64,000 nt of DNA from the NCBI GenBank assembly GCA_050084985.1, contig JBITNC010000001.1:95790001-95854000 (forward strand). Direction: 5' to 3'. The position numbers and the translations under genes were made by a program. This document shows positions 24,840-38,203 of the stretch, piece by piece. The stretch comes from Nageia nagi. Taxonomy: Eukaryota; Plantae; Pinophyta. Below the pieces are notes generated by a model. The model was not told where the DNA came from and ran no database searches. It saw only the letters and a program-made list of their open reading frames with translations. Within the stretch, counting starts at the first letter, position 1. The number at the start of each line of letters is the position of its first letter.

Positions 24840-24958
24840 AAGAAGAAACTTATTGGCGACTCTGCTGAAGCACTAGCTATGGTATGTATTAAAGCAGATT
24901 GTTTGTAAATATCATATGTGCTTTTGAACCTTTTATTTTCTTTTGCAACCTAGAGTTT

Positions 24959-27900
24959 ATGTGGACTAGATATAAAACCAGAGCAGCAAAAGAAGAACCA
25001 AATTTTAGAACGTTAGATGCTCCTAAGAGAAAGACCCTAATCAAGTCCAAGTCTCTGAATAGTATCAGCACCCTAAAATCCTTTACCAAGCCAGAACCAT
25101 CCAATCTTCACACTAGAAATACCTCTCTTAAAATGGCTAATCCAGCTCAGAATATTTATCCAAAATGGGACAATGGGGTACCAATAGCTCTAGCCGTGTT
25201 GCATGACATCCCAGCTAATGTTTTCAAAACCCTTCCGGAGTTTGACGCAACTTCAGAGAAAATGGCTTATGAGCATTGTGTTGATGTAGCTAGCCTAGCT
25301 AAGATTCATAATATTCAACATGAAGATGTCATGGTGAGATTACTGGCTCAGTCTTTCAAAGGAAAGGTCCTAGATTGGTACAAGGGCCTTCCTAATGGAT
25401 CTATAACCACTTGGGCTCAACTGGCAGAGCCCTTTATCTTGGAATTTAATGAATTAAGAGATCCTTTTTCTCTGTTAACACAGTTCACTTCAATCAAAAG
25501 ATATGAGCAAGAAAATATCCCTGATTTCAACATTAGATTCCAAAAAACTTAGATGAGAGTCCCAATACCAGTCAGGCCTCAGTAATTTCAAGCCTTAATG
25601 TATTACCTGAGAGCCTTTCCTCTGGATCTCTCTCTGCAAATCCAAAATTCCAAAGTAAATACTTTCCCGGAGGTCTATAGACAAGTAGTATATGCTGAAT
25701 CTTGTCTAATTGCAGTTGGAAAATTGCCAAGTCGCATGCCAATGCCTTATTTTCCAGTAACCGCCCAACAACAAGTTTTGAGACCTCAAGTAATTAGTTT
25801 GGCTCCACCTCTGGCCAGTATTCCCGCCCCTATTCAATAGTGGCCATCAACCTTGCCAGTCCCTAGAGCTCCCTTGGCCTTACCAGCCCCTCATCAGCCT
25901 AATATGAACCAAGGGGTAGCTTCATTGACAGAGATTCAGGAACTCCAAAATTTGTGTAGAAATATGGCAAATCAGATTACCATTCTAAGTAGACAAAGCA
26001 ATGTAATAAGGTATCCTTATCTTGCTGTAGAAAAGGCTCAACATGTGTTGAATGAGGATGTAAGCCAAGCTTCCTCTTCCGGGTCAGCCACTGGTTTGTG
26101 TTTGGCCTACAATGATGCTCATGAGCAAGCAACATGTCCTGTTTATCAATACCAAGAATATTTATCAAGAAGTGGGGGTATTCCTCCGCCTGGTGTAGCT
26201 AACGACATAAGCTGAGATGTGAACCTGATGAATTTTGCACCAGCAAATATAGGAGTTTTTGCTGCGGAAATAAGATCAGGGAAAAAACCCTAGTCTCCGA
26301 TATTTCAGAAAGAAAAGTTGAATCCCAAAAGAGTTCCAGTTTAGTGTTTCCTAAAAAGCAAGATGCAGTTCCTATTTCTAAAGAAAAGACCCTAGAAAAG
26401 GAAATGGTTTCCCAAAAATTCCCATCTCTAGAAACCAAACCGACGCCCAAAGCCAATGATCAAAATCTCCAGAAGTTAAGGTTCCCTTCACTCACCAAGC
26501 ATCAGAGAAAAGATGATACTCTACAGCTTCAGGAAAGATTTACTAATAGATTTAGAAATAAAATTGGTGAACCTCCAGCTATCCCAGAGTTCAACATTAT
26601 GGCAGAGCTAAAGAGAACTCCCGCAAGAGTGTCCTTGTTTGAAGCTCTAAAAATCCCCGGGCAAATTGATTTACTAAAAACATATCTTATAGCATTGAAT
26701 GAAGGAATGGAAAGAGTGCTTAACCTTTTTGAGACATCGAAATATCCAAGGATGGGAAAGAACAAACCTTCAACTTTTTATATGACTCTGAAAATCAAGG
26801 GATATGTACTTCATAATTGTTTGGTTGATTCTGGGGTAGCTACTATATGATGCCTAAAGCAGTGTGCGATGTGATGGGGTTGCCTATGACAAGAACATCC
26901 ACTGGAGTACTACAACTGGATTTCACACCTGTCAAAATAGTAGGAGTGATCAAAGATGTAGTCCTGAAAATACATAAGTGTCCCTCTATAATTATTATTC
27001 AAGAAGTTGTAGTTGTTGAGCTACCCCTTTTGTTCGGGCTATATCTGTCTAGAGAATTTACAGCTAAAATAGGGGGTTATCTAGCAATGGACTACACCCA
27101 TTATTTGATCCCTTATGGTAATAAGAGGGTAAGACTGAATAATGAGAAAATTTCTGAGTTTCACATGGAGAAAAAGGAGGAGGTTTGTGCTATCTTTGGT
27201 GAATTGGAAGAATCAAATGAATTACTGGAAGAACTATAAACCAAAGACCCTTGTAGTATGAGTATGCTCAACACTATCTACAACCTGGAGTTTGGAAATT
27301 ATTATTTAATAGAACTGAAATCTTTCATCCCAGAACTCACAAGGGAGGATTTTTGGAGAAATGAAATGTGGGAGATGTCTTTTGATGGGGCAAGATCCAA
27401 AAATGGATCCAGAGCTGGGATTATCCTGACCAACCCAACTGGTAAGGTACATAGATTTTCTTTCAGACTCACCTGGTTATGTTCCAATAATGTAGCATAA
27501 TATGAAGCTCTTTATCTTGGACTAGAACAAGCCATCAAAATGAAAATTTAGTGTTTAAGGATCAAAGGGGATTCAGAGTTGGTCATGAAATAGTTGACAG
27601 GTAAATGTTCAGTCAAGCATCATTATTTGAAATCTTATAGGAATCAGGTGTGGGATCTGTTTGAGCATTTCGAAGCATTACATATTCAGTCTATCCTAAG
27701 GAAATTCAACCAACAAGCTGACATCTTAGCACAAATGGGAGCCAGTTTTGATCCTACCAATGATTGGTTCCAGAGGAAGGTTGTTCAGCTCATTTTCAGG
27801 CCATCAGTTTCGGATAATGATTCCTTTTGGTAGGTTTTCTGGGATGAGGCTCAAATTAACCAATTTTTATTACAACAAGCTGTATGTCATGCAGTAGGAG

Positions 27901-30829
27901 AAGAGGACTCTGAAGTTTTCTGAGAGCAAGACATAATTCAGTTGAACAATAATAAAATCCCTAAGGATTTGGTTCCATTCGAAGGATTGTTTGATAGGAG
28001 TGACCAAGTAAAGAGAAGAGGTATGCATATAAACCTAGATAACTATAAAGAACATGAAGTCTTTCCAGGTAAGTCATTAAAAATTGGTGTATCTAATACT
28101 CCGAAATAGATTCAGGAAATTGTACAATTATGCAGAACATATGTTGATGTCATTGCTTGGTCTTATGATGATTTAAAGGTTTTTGATAAATCAGTGATAC
28201 AACACACAATCGAGTTGATAGATGATGCTAAACTGGTCAGACAAAAACAAAGACCAGTAAACCCTAAGATTGAAGTTGCCATGAAGCAGGAGGTCCTAAA
28301 ATTGTACAAGGCTGGGATAATTATCCCATCAAACATTCCACTTGGGTAGCCAATCTTATGCCTATCCGAAAGAAAAATGGCGAGATAAGGTTGTGTGTGG
28401 ATTTCTGGGGCTTAAACAGAGTACCTTTGAAAGATCACTATCCCTTCCCACCAATGGAGCAGATACTAAACACTGTAGCCGGTGCTGAAAAGTTCTCTTT
28501 GATAGACGATTTCTCTGGGTACAATCAGATTTGGGTCTAAAATGAAGATCAATTTAAAACAGCTTTTACAACTAAATGGGGCACATTTGCTTTTCAGAGG
28601 ATGCCTTTTGGACTATCCAATGCAGGAGCTACCTTTCAGAGAGCTATGGATTATGCATTTGGAGAGCTGGTAAATAAGAGTCTATTGGTATACCTGGATG
28701 ATATTACTATTTTCTCTCATTATAGAAACATGCATGTTCAACATCTGGAGCAAGCCTTCATCAAATGTAAGAGGTATGGTATATCCCTAAATCCTAAGAA
28801 GTCTATCTTCGTAGTAGATGAGGGTAAATTATTGGGCCATGTCATTTCAAAAGAGGGGTGGGCTATTGATCTGGATAGAGTTAAAGCTATAAATGACTTG
28901 TCTCTCCCATCTAATAAGAAGTCTCTGCAGTCTTTTCTGGGTCAGATTAACTTTGTCAGAAGATTTATTCAGGATTTCTCAAACATTATCAAACCTATCA
29001 CTCGGATGCTAAAAAAAGATACTCCTTTTGTATGGACTGAGGAAGGTAAAGAAGCTTTTCAAAAAATCAAGGTAGCAATTACAAAAGCTCCTGTACTAAG
29101 AAATCTAGATTTTAGCAAAGAATTTATTCTGTATGCGTATGGTTCAGATACTAGTGTTTCAGCCATTTTAACCCAGAAGTACGAAAGGAATGAAGAATAC
29201 CCAGTCGCATTTTTCAGCTAGACTATGAATAGTTGTGAGGAAAAATACACTTTCATTGAAAAATAGGTCCTAGCTATTGTGAAAGCGCTTAGTAAGTTAA
29301 AACATTACATTGCTCAGAGTAGGATTTTGATTCTAACCATACACCCAGATGTTAGGTCTTATGTTATGCAGGGAGAATTGGGAGAAGGAAGACCCAGGTG
29401 GATTTCAAAAATTCTAAAATACGATGTGGAAATTCGGCCCACCAAGCTCATAAAAGGAAGAGCACTTTGTGAGCAACTTGCAAAACCTACGATACCGGAA
29501 AAGGGGATGGTATGCTTTGTTGAACAAGAAACCCCAGAATCCGTATCCAGAGATACAACAAAGGATTGGATGGAGCAGTTAAACAAATATTTTGAGACCG
29601 AAAAACTACCAGGAAACATGAATGCATCCCAAAGAAGGCGATTCAAGATACATGCCCAAAATTACATAGAGATAGATCAGATACTTTATAGAAGAAATCA
29701 CGATGGCATTTTGTTAAGATGTGTACCAGTGACAAAGTCAGCTAAGCTCATTGAAGAGTTCCATTCCGGAGGGTCTGGAGGTCATTACTCCAGATACATA
29801 ACAGTGGGTAAGATTATTCAGGTAGGATATTACTGGCCTACTATGTTCAAAGATGCTTTTGCAAAGGCACAAAATTGGAAAAAGTGTCAAAGGTATGTAG
29901 GAAGAAAGAGAAATGCGGCATTACCATTGGAACCAATCCAAGTAGAAGAACCCTTCCAATAGTGGGGGCTAGATTTTATCGGAGTCATCAATCCAAACTC
30001 CTTTTCTGGACATAAATTCATCCTTATTGCTATAGACTTTTTCACCAGATGGGCAGAAGCAGAGGCCATAAAAGAGGCAAATCAGAAGACTATTCTAAGA
30101 TTTATAGAAAAGTTGATTACTAGGTATGGTATTCCCCAAATGATAATTTCGGATAATGGCTTAGCGTTCATAGGAGCTGCAGTTACTGATTTTGCTATGA
30201 GATTAGGTATCTATTGGAAAACCTCCTCAAACTATTACCCCCAGGGTAATGGTTTGGCTGAGTCTACAAATAAGAATTTGCTTCGGATCCTCAAAAGAAC
30301 AGTGGAAGATAATCCTCAGACTTGGCACGAAAAGCTTAATTGGGCATTGTGGGCAGATAGGATTACAGTAAAATCAACCATTAAAACCAGCCCATATACG
30401 TTGGTATACAGTAAAAGGGTGGTATTACCAAGTCATTCTGAGCTTCCAGTTTTAAAAGTTTTGCAAGAATATGGCAAGGATTTTGAATCTCTCAAGGTTC
30501 GGATGAATGAACTGTTGCATTTAGAAGAGCTCCAGAATCAATCATATCAAGACCTTCAGAGAAGAAATGAAATAGTAAAAAGATGGTTTGACGGTCGAAA
30601 ATCAACTCTGGATACTTTCAGAGAAGGAGATTTAGTGTTGAAATGGGATGAAGACAGAGCTAAACTTGGGAAACACAAAAAATTCGAATCCATGTGGTCT
30701 GGACCCTATGTAGTAGCTAAATGCATTGGGAGAAATGCCTTTGAGCTGACAAAATTAAATGGGTGCAAATTGCCGATTTCAGTTAATGGACAGCACCTAA
30801 AGCGATATAAGACCGCAAGCGCGGGATAG
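24959..30829 (+). pseudogene. gag-pol, disrupted
   Basis: Gag (DVMVRLLAQSFKGKVLDWY..LPNGSITTW); protease LVDSG ~26821; aRH WEMSFDGA..CSNNVA*YEAL..GDSELV ~27367-27740; RT MPFGL and YLDD (28691); RNase H; integrase GGH, WGLDFIG, SDNG, YYPQGNGLAE; WSGPY near the C-terminus. Confidence 0.95.
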
Positions 30830-31323
30830 TGATTTTTTGAAAAGACATGATTTTGTACACATATTGTAAATAGTGTGTCATTTGCATTTATTTCAAGTTG
30901 TTGTTATGGGTGTCAGTTATTTATTAGTAACTTAGTGTTAATGGTAGTTGTACTTTTGCATCGGTAGAATTGAAGTTTCCAAAAGGGGTATAGAAAATCA
31001 AATCTCGGAGTTCCCGAAAAGAGCGTATAATATCAAATCGGTTATTAATGCTACTATCCGTGAGGATATTTCGCATGTTCAGAGAGATTGTGCATCAATC
31101 AATGAAATGAGCTATAAAAGGACCAAGAGCACTACTCATCAAAAATACCTAAATTCTAGAATTCATAGAGAGCATTTGTTTACAAATTTGCAAAGCTAGT
31201 ATCTACTACGCATTGCCAGGAGCTGTGGAATATAGCAAAAGAATCTGAGAAAAGCAAAGTGCCAGTTAAGGGTGACAGAAGTGAGACAAGAAGAGTTGAG
31301 AAGCGCAGCACAAGTCAACAGAA

Positions 31324-34300
31324 ATGAGCTTAGGATCATCGGTGAAGATAGCAAGGAAAATAACAGATTCCATGGAATTATTATGGGATACTGAAATTAT
31401 AGCTCGAAATAAGAACCCCAAGGGCACCGCTGAAGGTAAGTGCCCAAACTTTAGTTTTAATCATATAGCACATTCACCAATGGGGTCAGGTCTCATGTAC
31501 TTCATTCCCCATAGATGCTTTCCTGCTCCTGAGTTGATAGAGGTTATAAGGGGGGCATTTGATCCTGCAACTAGAATTGTCAGAGACTTGCAAGGAAAGA
31601 CTATCCTAAATTTGGATTCCATTTCAGTAGCGAAGGCTTTTAATCCACCCTCCCCTATGCATTCCCTTGTGCACATTGATTGGTATATGACACCCAGTTC
31701 CAATCTGAGAGCAAATATCATGGCCTGGCTAAATAAAAATATAGCTAGGACCATAAAGTTTATGGAGTTCCCCAGTTTTGAGCTCCCGCTCTCCAATTTT
31801 TCTGCACATCTGCAATTATTATTTTCCATGTTAGCCATAGCAGTAGGCGAAGAGATAGACAGGTATGTCTCACCATCAAAATTAGCTATCGCATACCAGA
31901 TTTCTCACCCAATCTTTCCTATAATGTATGACTAGCCTATTGCCCTTTCAGATGGAATGTCTGAACAGTTAGAAAAGATTAGTGAGGGATTTCATTTTGT
32001 GTATGTGTCACACATTGTTTGGATGATGATTCACCAAAATACCAATGTTTTCAAGAATTTAACCTTGGTTCAGACTGATGAAAGTGGGTCTCAGAAGCCA
32101 ATGGACAAATGGACTGAGGAGGTGAGGTCCTTAGCAGATTATTACTTCTTTGTAGAAAACTTTTTGGTTCCTGCAATGAGTTTATTTACCCCCGCAGTTC
32201 CAAGATTATCAATAGCTTCCAAGCTTTACCTCCGGATGCCCCATGGAGAGACTGGGGACTGGTTCTTCATAGAGGAGGGGACTTTCATAGGCTTTATGGG
32301 TTTTCTGGGGCTCCTTTCTTACTACCAGTCCATGTAATGGATTGGGTTTTCAGCATGGAATACACCAGACAAATGGATTATATAGATTCTAAATATGGAG
32401 CTGCAGTAAAAAGAGGATAGTTTATGCCCTTCCTCATAAAGTGCACGACTTGGTGCTTCAAAGCAGGGGAGCAAGTGAACAATTAAAAGGTAAATTATTG
32501 AATTTAAAATTGAAAAAACTTAGTCAATATTTGCTATATGATCCTGAGGATATCTTTGGTAAGAGGTTGAGGAGCCAGCCCAATCCCCCGGGTTTTAGAG
32601 CTGAATCTAGGCCGAAGCTGCTTAATTGGTGAAACCCGAAACATGAAGGCAAGGTAATGCCCACTACCTTGATTATTAAGGATTTATTACCGCCATGGTT
32701 TGGTTTTTATAGCAAGAAAGCAAATTTTGACCCAAAAATAGATTGCATCTCAAAAAAGTCTCTGAAGACCTTAAGAGATCAAGGCTAGAGTGAGGAAAAA
32801 ATAGCTACCTTCACCCAGTACCAGATTGAATCTGGAAATTGGAATACCCCTTTAGATTTTGATTTGGATGATAAATTTGAAGAGATGTGGAGAATAGAAC
32901 ATCCCACTGACAACCGCTCAGATGAATGTTCAGAGGATAGTGATGAGGAGAGAGAGCAGGGATGTGCAGGGTCCCAAGCATCAGCTCAGGAGGAGCAACC
33001 CGAGGAAGAAACTAGGGAAGTTTCTATAGAAATAGTGGCTAGGAGGCCTGGGAGAGTGTATACCTTGAAAAGAAAAGTCCAAAAGGAGAAGGCACCATTC
33101 CCACCACCGCTAAAGAGAAGAAGGAAGAACCCTACTCCATCAGGTACGCTCTCTACTCCCTCTTCCCCTGTTTCTCTTACTCCTTCTCTATCTATTTCTA
33201 TCGTGCCCATTTCCATTCCAATTTCACTCCCACAAATTCCAGTAACCATTCTAGCTTCACCCATTCAATCTCTCATAACACCACCACCACCTATCTAATG
33301 GCAAAGTTCCCTTCCCCTTGCATCCAGCCCACAAATTCCCCCCATCATTAGCGTCACTACAATACCATCGTCACATCCACCATCTCTGCCTCCATCATCC
33401 TCTCCTTCATTCATTCTAGCACTTTCTGCCACAAATCCATTTGGCATTAGTGTCCTAGGGCCCAGTCAAGCTAGCCCTGTGACACCAGCACAGCAGATCA
33501 TGGCCTCCTCCTCTCAGGAGTTGAGCATCAGATCTCCATTCATTATGATATTAGGACAATAAGTATCTATGGACGGCATTATGCAGCAGTACCAATAGAT
33601 GAAACAGGGACGAGATGCATGGATGAAGAAGCAGGTCAAGAAGCTTCCAGTTCTGGATAATCTGGTAAGGCTTCGAACTTCAATGGATCCAAAGCATAAG
33701 GTGCTTGAAATGGCAATTGCCCAAGACCCACAAGAGGGGCAAAGTGATCTGTTCGCTATGAACACTCGGGTAAAAATTGACACTCGAGGCATATCCCGAA
33801 GTGACAAAAATGAGCTCTTGCAAACTACAGTAGACCTTAACATATCAGAGTTGACGAGGTTGGAGGTTAAGTACAGTAAGCTGTAAAAGGCTCATGAAGC
33901 TATGAAGTAGCAATTAGACACTCAAAAGATAAAATTGAAAGTTACAGAAAATAATATATCAATTTTGAAGACTAGTTTAGCGGCGACTCCTACAACAGAC
34001 ATTTTGAGCCAGAAAGATGCCATCATCTCTTAGAGAGATGCTGAGATAGCTACCAGAGTAGCAAAGATTAGCGGTTTGAATGCTAATATAGTGCAACTCT
34101 AATTAAGTCTGAATGTGAATAAGGTAGACAAATCCTTTTTGTTAAATATAAAGAAAAGATTTTGGGAGCTGAGGGCGTAGGAAATCAAAGATTTGATTCA
34201 CCTGAGAGACCATATAGAATCATGTTTATCAGAGGTCAAAAGGCTCGAGGTTGAGGTCACCAGGTGTGAAAGTGTTTTGAATCCCATTTTAGAACAGGCT

Positions 34301-34815
34301 AAGCAAGTGAACAAGAGGCTGAACGACCTCTCTAATGAAAAGCTACAGTCTTATAATATTGGTGATCGAGTGGAGCTCATGTCGGCAATTGATTACCCAA
34401 TGAGGGGGAAATGGGTTTGTTAGGAGATCAAGGGTAATGTCCTGTGCCGAACATAAGAAATGGAAAACTTGAAGTTAGATATTCAGGGATTAAATGCATC
34501 CAGAATCCCAGAGTTATGGAGAAGTGACGGCTCGCTTGTCTCTGAAGCTGAGTTTTTGAGGGTCTACAGAGCAGGATTCAAAGCATTGATGATATTGATA
34601 CGCTCTTGGTTTCATTTGATGAAACCAATTTGATAAATTTTTTTGATTCTTTGGTGAATGGTGACTTTCACATTCAACAATTGTTGAGAAAATATGCTCA
34701 TGTGTCTTATGAAATTTTGAACACTACAGCTTTAGCCCATGCAAGGCTAAAGGATTTTTTCGGGATCCCCACAAACTGGAGTAAGGTTCAGCAACTCTTG
34801 AATATACAGAAATGA
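31324..34815 (+). pseudogene. Extra 3' ORF of the Gypsy element (~1160 codons, disrupted), product unknown
   Basis: Chain of same-strand ORFs (31324 and 31957 in one frame; 32441, 32864, 33599, 34193 in a second; 34606). Globular N-terminal part, acidic patch, PPPLKRRRK, Ser/Pro-rich linker, coiled-coil-like C-terminal part. Confidence 0.75.
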
Positions 34816-34903
34816 AGTCTGATTCATTGATTCATTCTAATAAGATTTTGGGTTCTAAAATTTCTTCATAATTGGTGAAATTTTCCCACAGATGTCACCA
34901 AAA

Positions 34904-36236
34904 TGTATATCAATACATAATCGTTACTCCAAGGTCCTTCTAAAACTATGATCACTTCCGGAGGTGACGTATACTAAGCATAATCATAATGGGTTTTAAG
35001 AACCATTTTTGAAAGTAATTACATTATGATGAAAGAAGAAAAGCCCCATGAAGTTAATGTTGAGTAACTCGGAGCCCGAAAGAGATGACATCAATGATTT
35101 CTGACCTTAACCCAAAACCGGATCTCGAAAGAGATGAGGTCAGCAAGGAGTGATTGAATACCTGGAGCCAATAAGTAGAATATTTTAGAATGAAGAGATG
35201 AGGTCAGCAAAAGGGTTATCGAAAATCCATAATCAGTAAAGTGAAGCATTCCGAAAGTATGAAGATGACATCATGGGGAAAACAATGTCCACATTCTTGA
35301 ATGAAACCGGATCCGGAAGCGATGAGGTCAGCAAAAGGGTTATCAAATACCTAGAGCCAGTAAAGTGAAGCTTTCCAAAAATATGAAGATGACATCATGG
35401 GGAAAACAATGTTCACATTCTTGAATGAAATTGGATCCCGGAAGCGATGAGGTCAGCAAAAGGGTTATCGAATAGCCAGAGCCAATAAGTAGAATATCCC
35501 GGAAGAGACGAGGTCAACGAGAGGTGAGATCATAATTATCAAGAAGCCATATCATCTGCAATCTGCCCAATTTTTGTAACATTCTGCCAAGTGGCGTATG
35601 TAGGTAGTATCAGTTAAAAGAAGGCTAGAATCTTGAAGCTATTTTTTTTGTAAACATTTCTGTTCTACAATTCTTGTAACTGTTGTTACTTCAGTATAAG
35701 TAAGGAATAAACAAAGGAAAAAGGGTCGGAAGCCCTAGTATTGCTCTTTACATTTGTTCTCGAAGACCTGTAGTTTTTCATCAGTAATATGATACCATCT
35801 TGACCTTTCTTGACTAGCACTCGTAATTGTTATTCTTAATTAGGTTACATTGTGGCAGCTTGGCGTGTTTCTTGAATGATAATTATGAGCTGTTCGTATA
35901 ACTGTGTCTGCATATATGGTAGAGTAAAGCTGGGAAACTATTAGAGAGTGAGAGCTTGTACCGTAGCTGCTACACTAGATTCAGACCAAGGTTTCACACA
36001 CTATGAAAGCCCATGCTGAACTAGTGATTTACCTTTGCTTTCTCTCTTGTTACCCTAAGCCTTTTGCTTAAATTCCTCACACTCTACTCCTTTTATTTTC
36101 TTTCCTGTTACTTCTCCTACACCCAATGTATAAGGAACTGGCCTTCTCCGAAGATCAGACTGTCACCATAGTCTGTTCTTGATTTACTTTGGTTAAGATT
36201 GTTCATGGCGCATATATTACACAATCCTAATCAACA
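34904..36236 (+). repeat. 3' LTR (1333 bp)
   Basis: TG...CA ends. Has 53 bp (35700-35752) that the 5' LTR lacks. Confidence 0.95.
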
Positions 36237-36672
36237 CTTGGCTATAACTCAATTGTAACTATTGTGTGAAAAAGAAGTGAAGGGCCCTAATAATATTTAC
36301 TAACACCTTTTATATCATTTTTACAAGTCATAACAAATATATCTCATAGTGTCAACATGAATCCATGCATTTTGAGTGTATTTAAGAAGTTAAAGTTTTC
36401 ATGTTTGTTTAAATTCTCTAGACTATTTTTATGTATATAATCTTAATAACTCAAAGTTTTTCCAAAGATAAAATACAAACGTATTTGAATCGGGTTGATC
36501 ATATGAACTATTCCCAATAGGTATCCAAAATCATTCATAAGAAGGATATATATGCATTGATTTTTATAATATTAATACATTATTTGGTTATTAATTAAGT
36601 TTATTATCTTCTCCTATGTGTATATTTTTGAAAATAACTTTATAGCTTGTATTTATGATATTACTTTTACAT

Positions 36673-38203
36673 TATTCCACTAATCCAATTACATATTCCA
36701 TGCCTTAATTTCAACATTAACATTCAATAATAACATCAAAACCTCCTAGTATTAAAATACTATTACTTCCATGCCTATCAGCTATATACCTACATAACAT
36801 AGGCCTTACCAAGGTGTCCTAATTAATTGATTCCTTTATTAGAAAAAAAAACATGGTACAATGAATCATTTCTTACACATCCAGCTCTTCATAGATGAAT
36901 TGTTAGAGCTTGTCCACTTGAGTGATAATATTTTTGAGTCCTTATAAAATTTTACCTCATAAATGACCCTATATCCTTGACTATAATGTCCCTACTCACC
37001 CAAACCTTCTTCATTGAGCTTCTAACACTTACTCTAGTTAGAGAACTAAGGGGGTGAAGTCCAAGGATTCACACAAATCCTCTTTTTAAAGCCAATTTTC
37101 CTTTGTGTAATGAGTTTGCTACCATCCTTCTACCTCCTTCATAGTATTTATTTTTAGTTTACTACCATACATACCCAACTCTTCACCTCCTTTCTCCTCT
37201 TGCTCTAGTATTGGCAAGAAATCATCAAGGTCTCTCATCCATCCCTATTTCTTGTCCATGTGTTTAGCCACAACCAAAAATAGACCTTGATGAAGTGTAA
37301 ATTTTTTCTCACTTTATGGAAGTCATAAACAACATTCTCCATCTCCTTGAATAAGAAATAATGCATATTTACCCTCTTCCTCCACCTCATTTGATTCAAG
37401 ATTGTCTAGGTGATAGCCTCTTACCCATGTCATTTGGGTGTCCAACATGATATAGTTCATGATTATGCTAGCCACCACTAGCCAAGATTAAGGCAATTCC
37501 TTCCTCAAAATGTATTTCCCATCCCACTAAATATTCTCATTAGTGGTCAAAAAGCCTACTTCAGTATGTTGAGGGATGTTTCTCCTTATGGATCTTGAGC
37601 CCATCATCCGATAAGCTTGAAATCTTTGCCAACACCACTGAAGAAATCTCAAACATGAAGGAATACACAGTAACACATCCTTCTACCTAACTACTCATCA
37701 TTTGATGGAAAATGGCTACATAATATTCTTCATAGAGTTCTAGGAATCCCCAATAGCATAAATTCTTCAAGACCTCCTATACATCATCACTAATAAGGAG
37801 TTTGGCAGGCTTCGAGCATAAATCCTTATGCCCTCTATTTGAACCTCCTAATTGGCTTTCCATATTAAAACCAAACCTCTCTACATATGGATTAAAAATC
37901 TCTTTCTTCATAAGTTGATGCCACCTCCAAAATGGATCTCTTAAAATATTGAGCTACTCCTTCCACCACCTTGATGTCCAATCCTCACTTGAAGCATGCT
38001 TTATTACCTGGTATTGCTTCCAACATAATTGCTTCTCTCATGCATCTAGATGCACTCTCCAAATTACCAAGCCATATTATACTACATGCAAGGAGATATG
38101 ACCTTATCATTTACTTCTACCTGGCCACATCACACTTGTCCCATAACTTCTAATGATCTCTCCCATCCACCTCCCATGGATATTCTTTCTTTTACAATAC
38201 CAC
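36673..38203 (-). mobile_element. Decayed LINE 3' fragment carrying an ORF3 homologue
   Basis: Replaces ~650 bp of the unit (copy 1 ~3563-4220). The minus strand gives YIMLD, VNMHYFLFK..DFHK..HQGLF (37281-37292), paralleling LINE ORF3 at 19224-20394. Confidence 0.6.

Larger units (their letters stand above)
23530..36236 (+). mobile_element. Full-length Ty3/Gypsy Tat-like LTR retrotransposon (12.7 kb), inactivated by stops and frameshifts
   Basis: Paired LTRs; TSD CTTGG (23525-23529, 36237-36241); empty site cacttggctataac at 3125. Domain order gag-PR-aRH-RT-RH-INT plus an extra 3' ORF. Confidence 0.97.

Noticed and set aside
24889-33843. Antisense ORFs within the Gypsy element
   Set aside because: Shadows of the sense coding frames with no recognisable motifs.
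35700-35752. 53 bp LTR indel starting GTAAG as a spliced intron
   Set aside because: Does not end in AG and is short; a simple deletion in the 5' LTR is sufficient.
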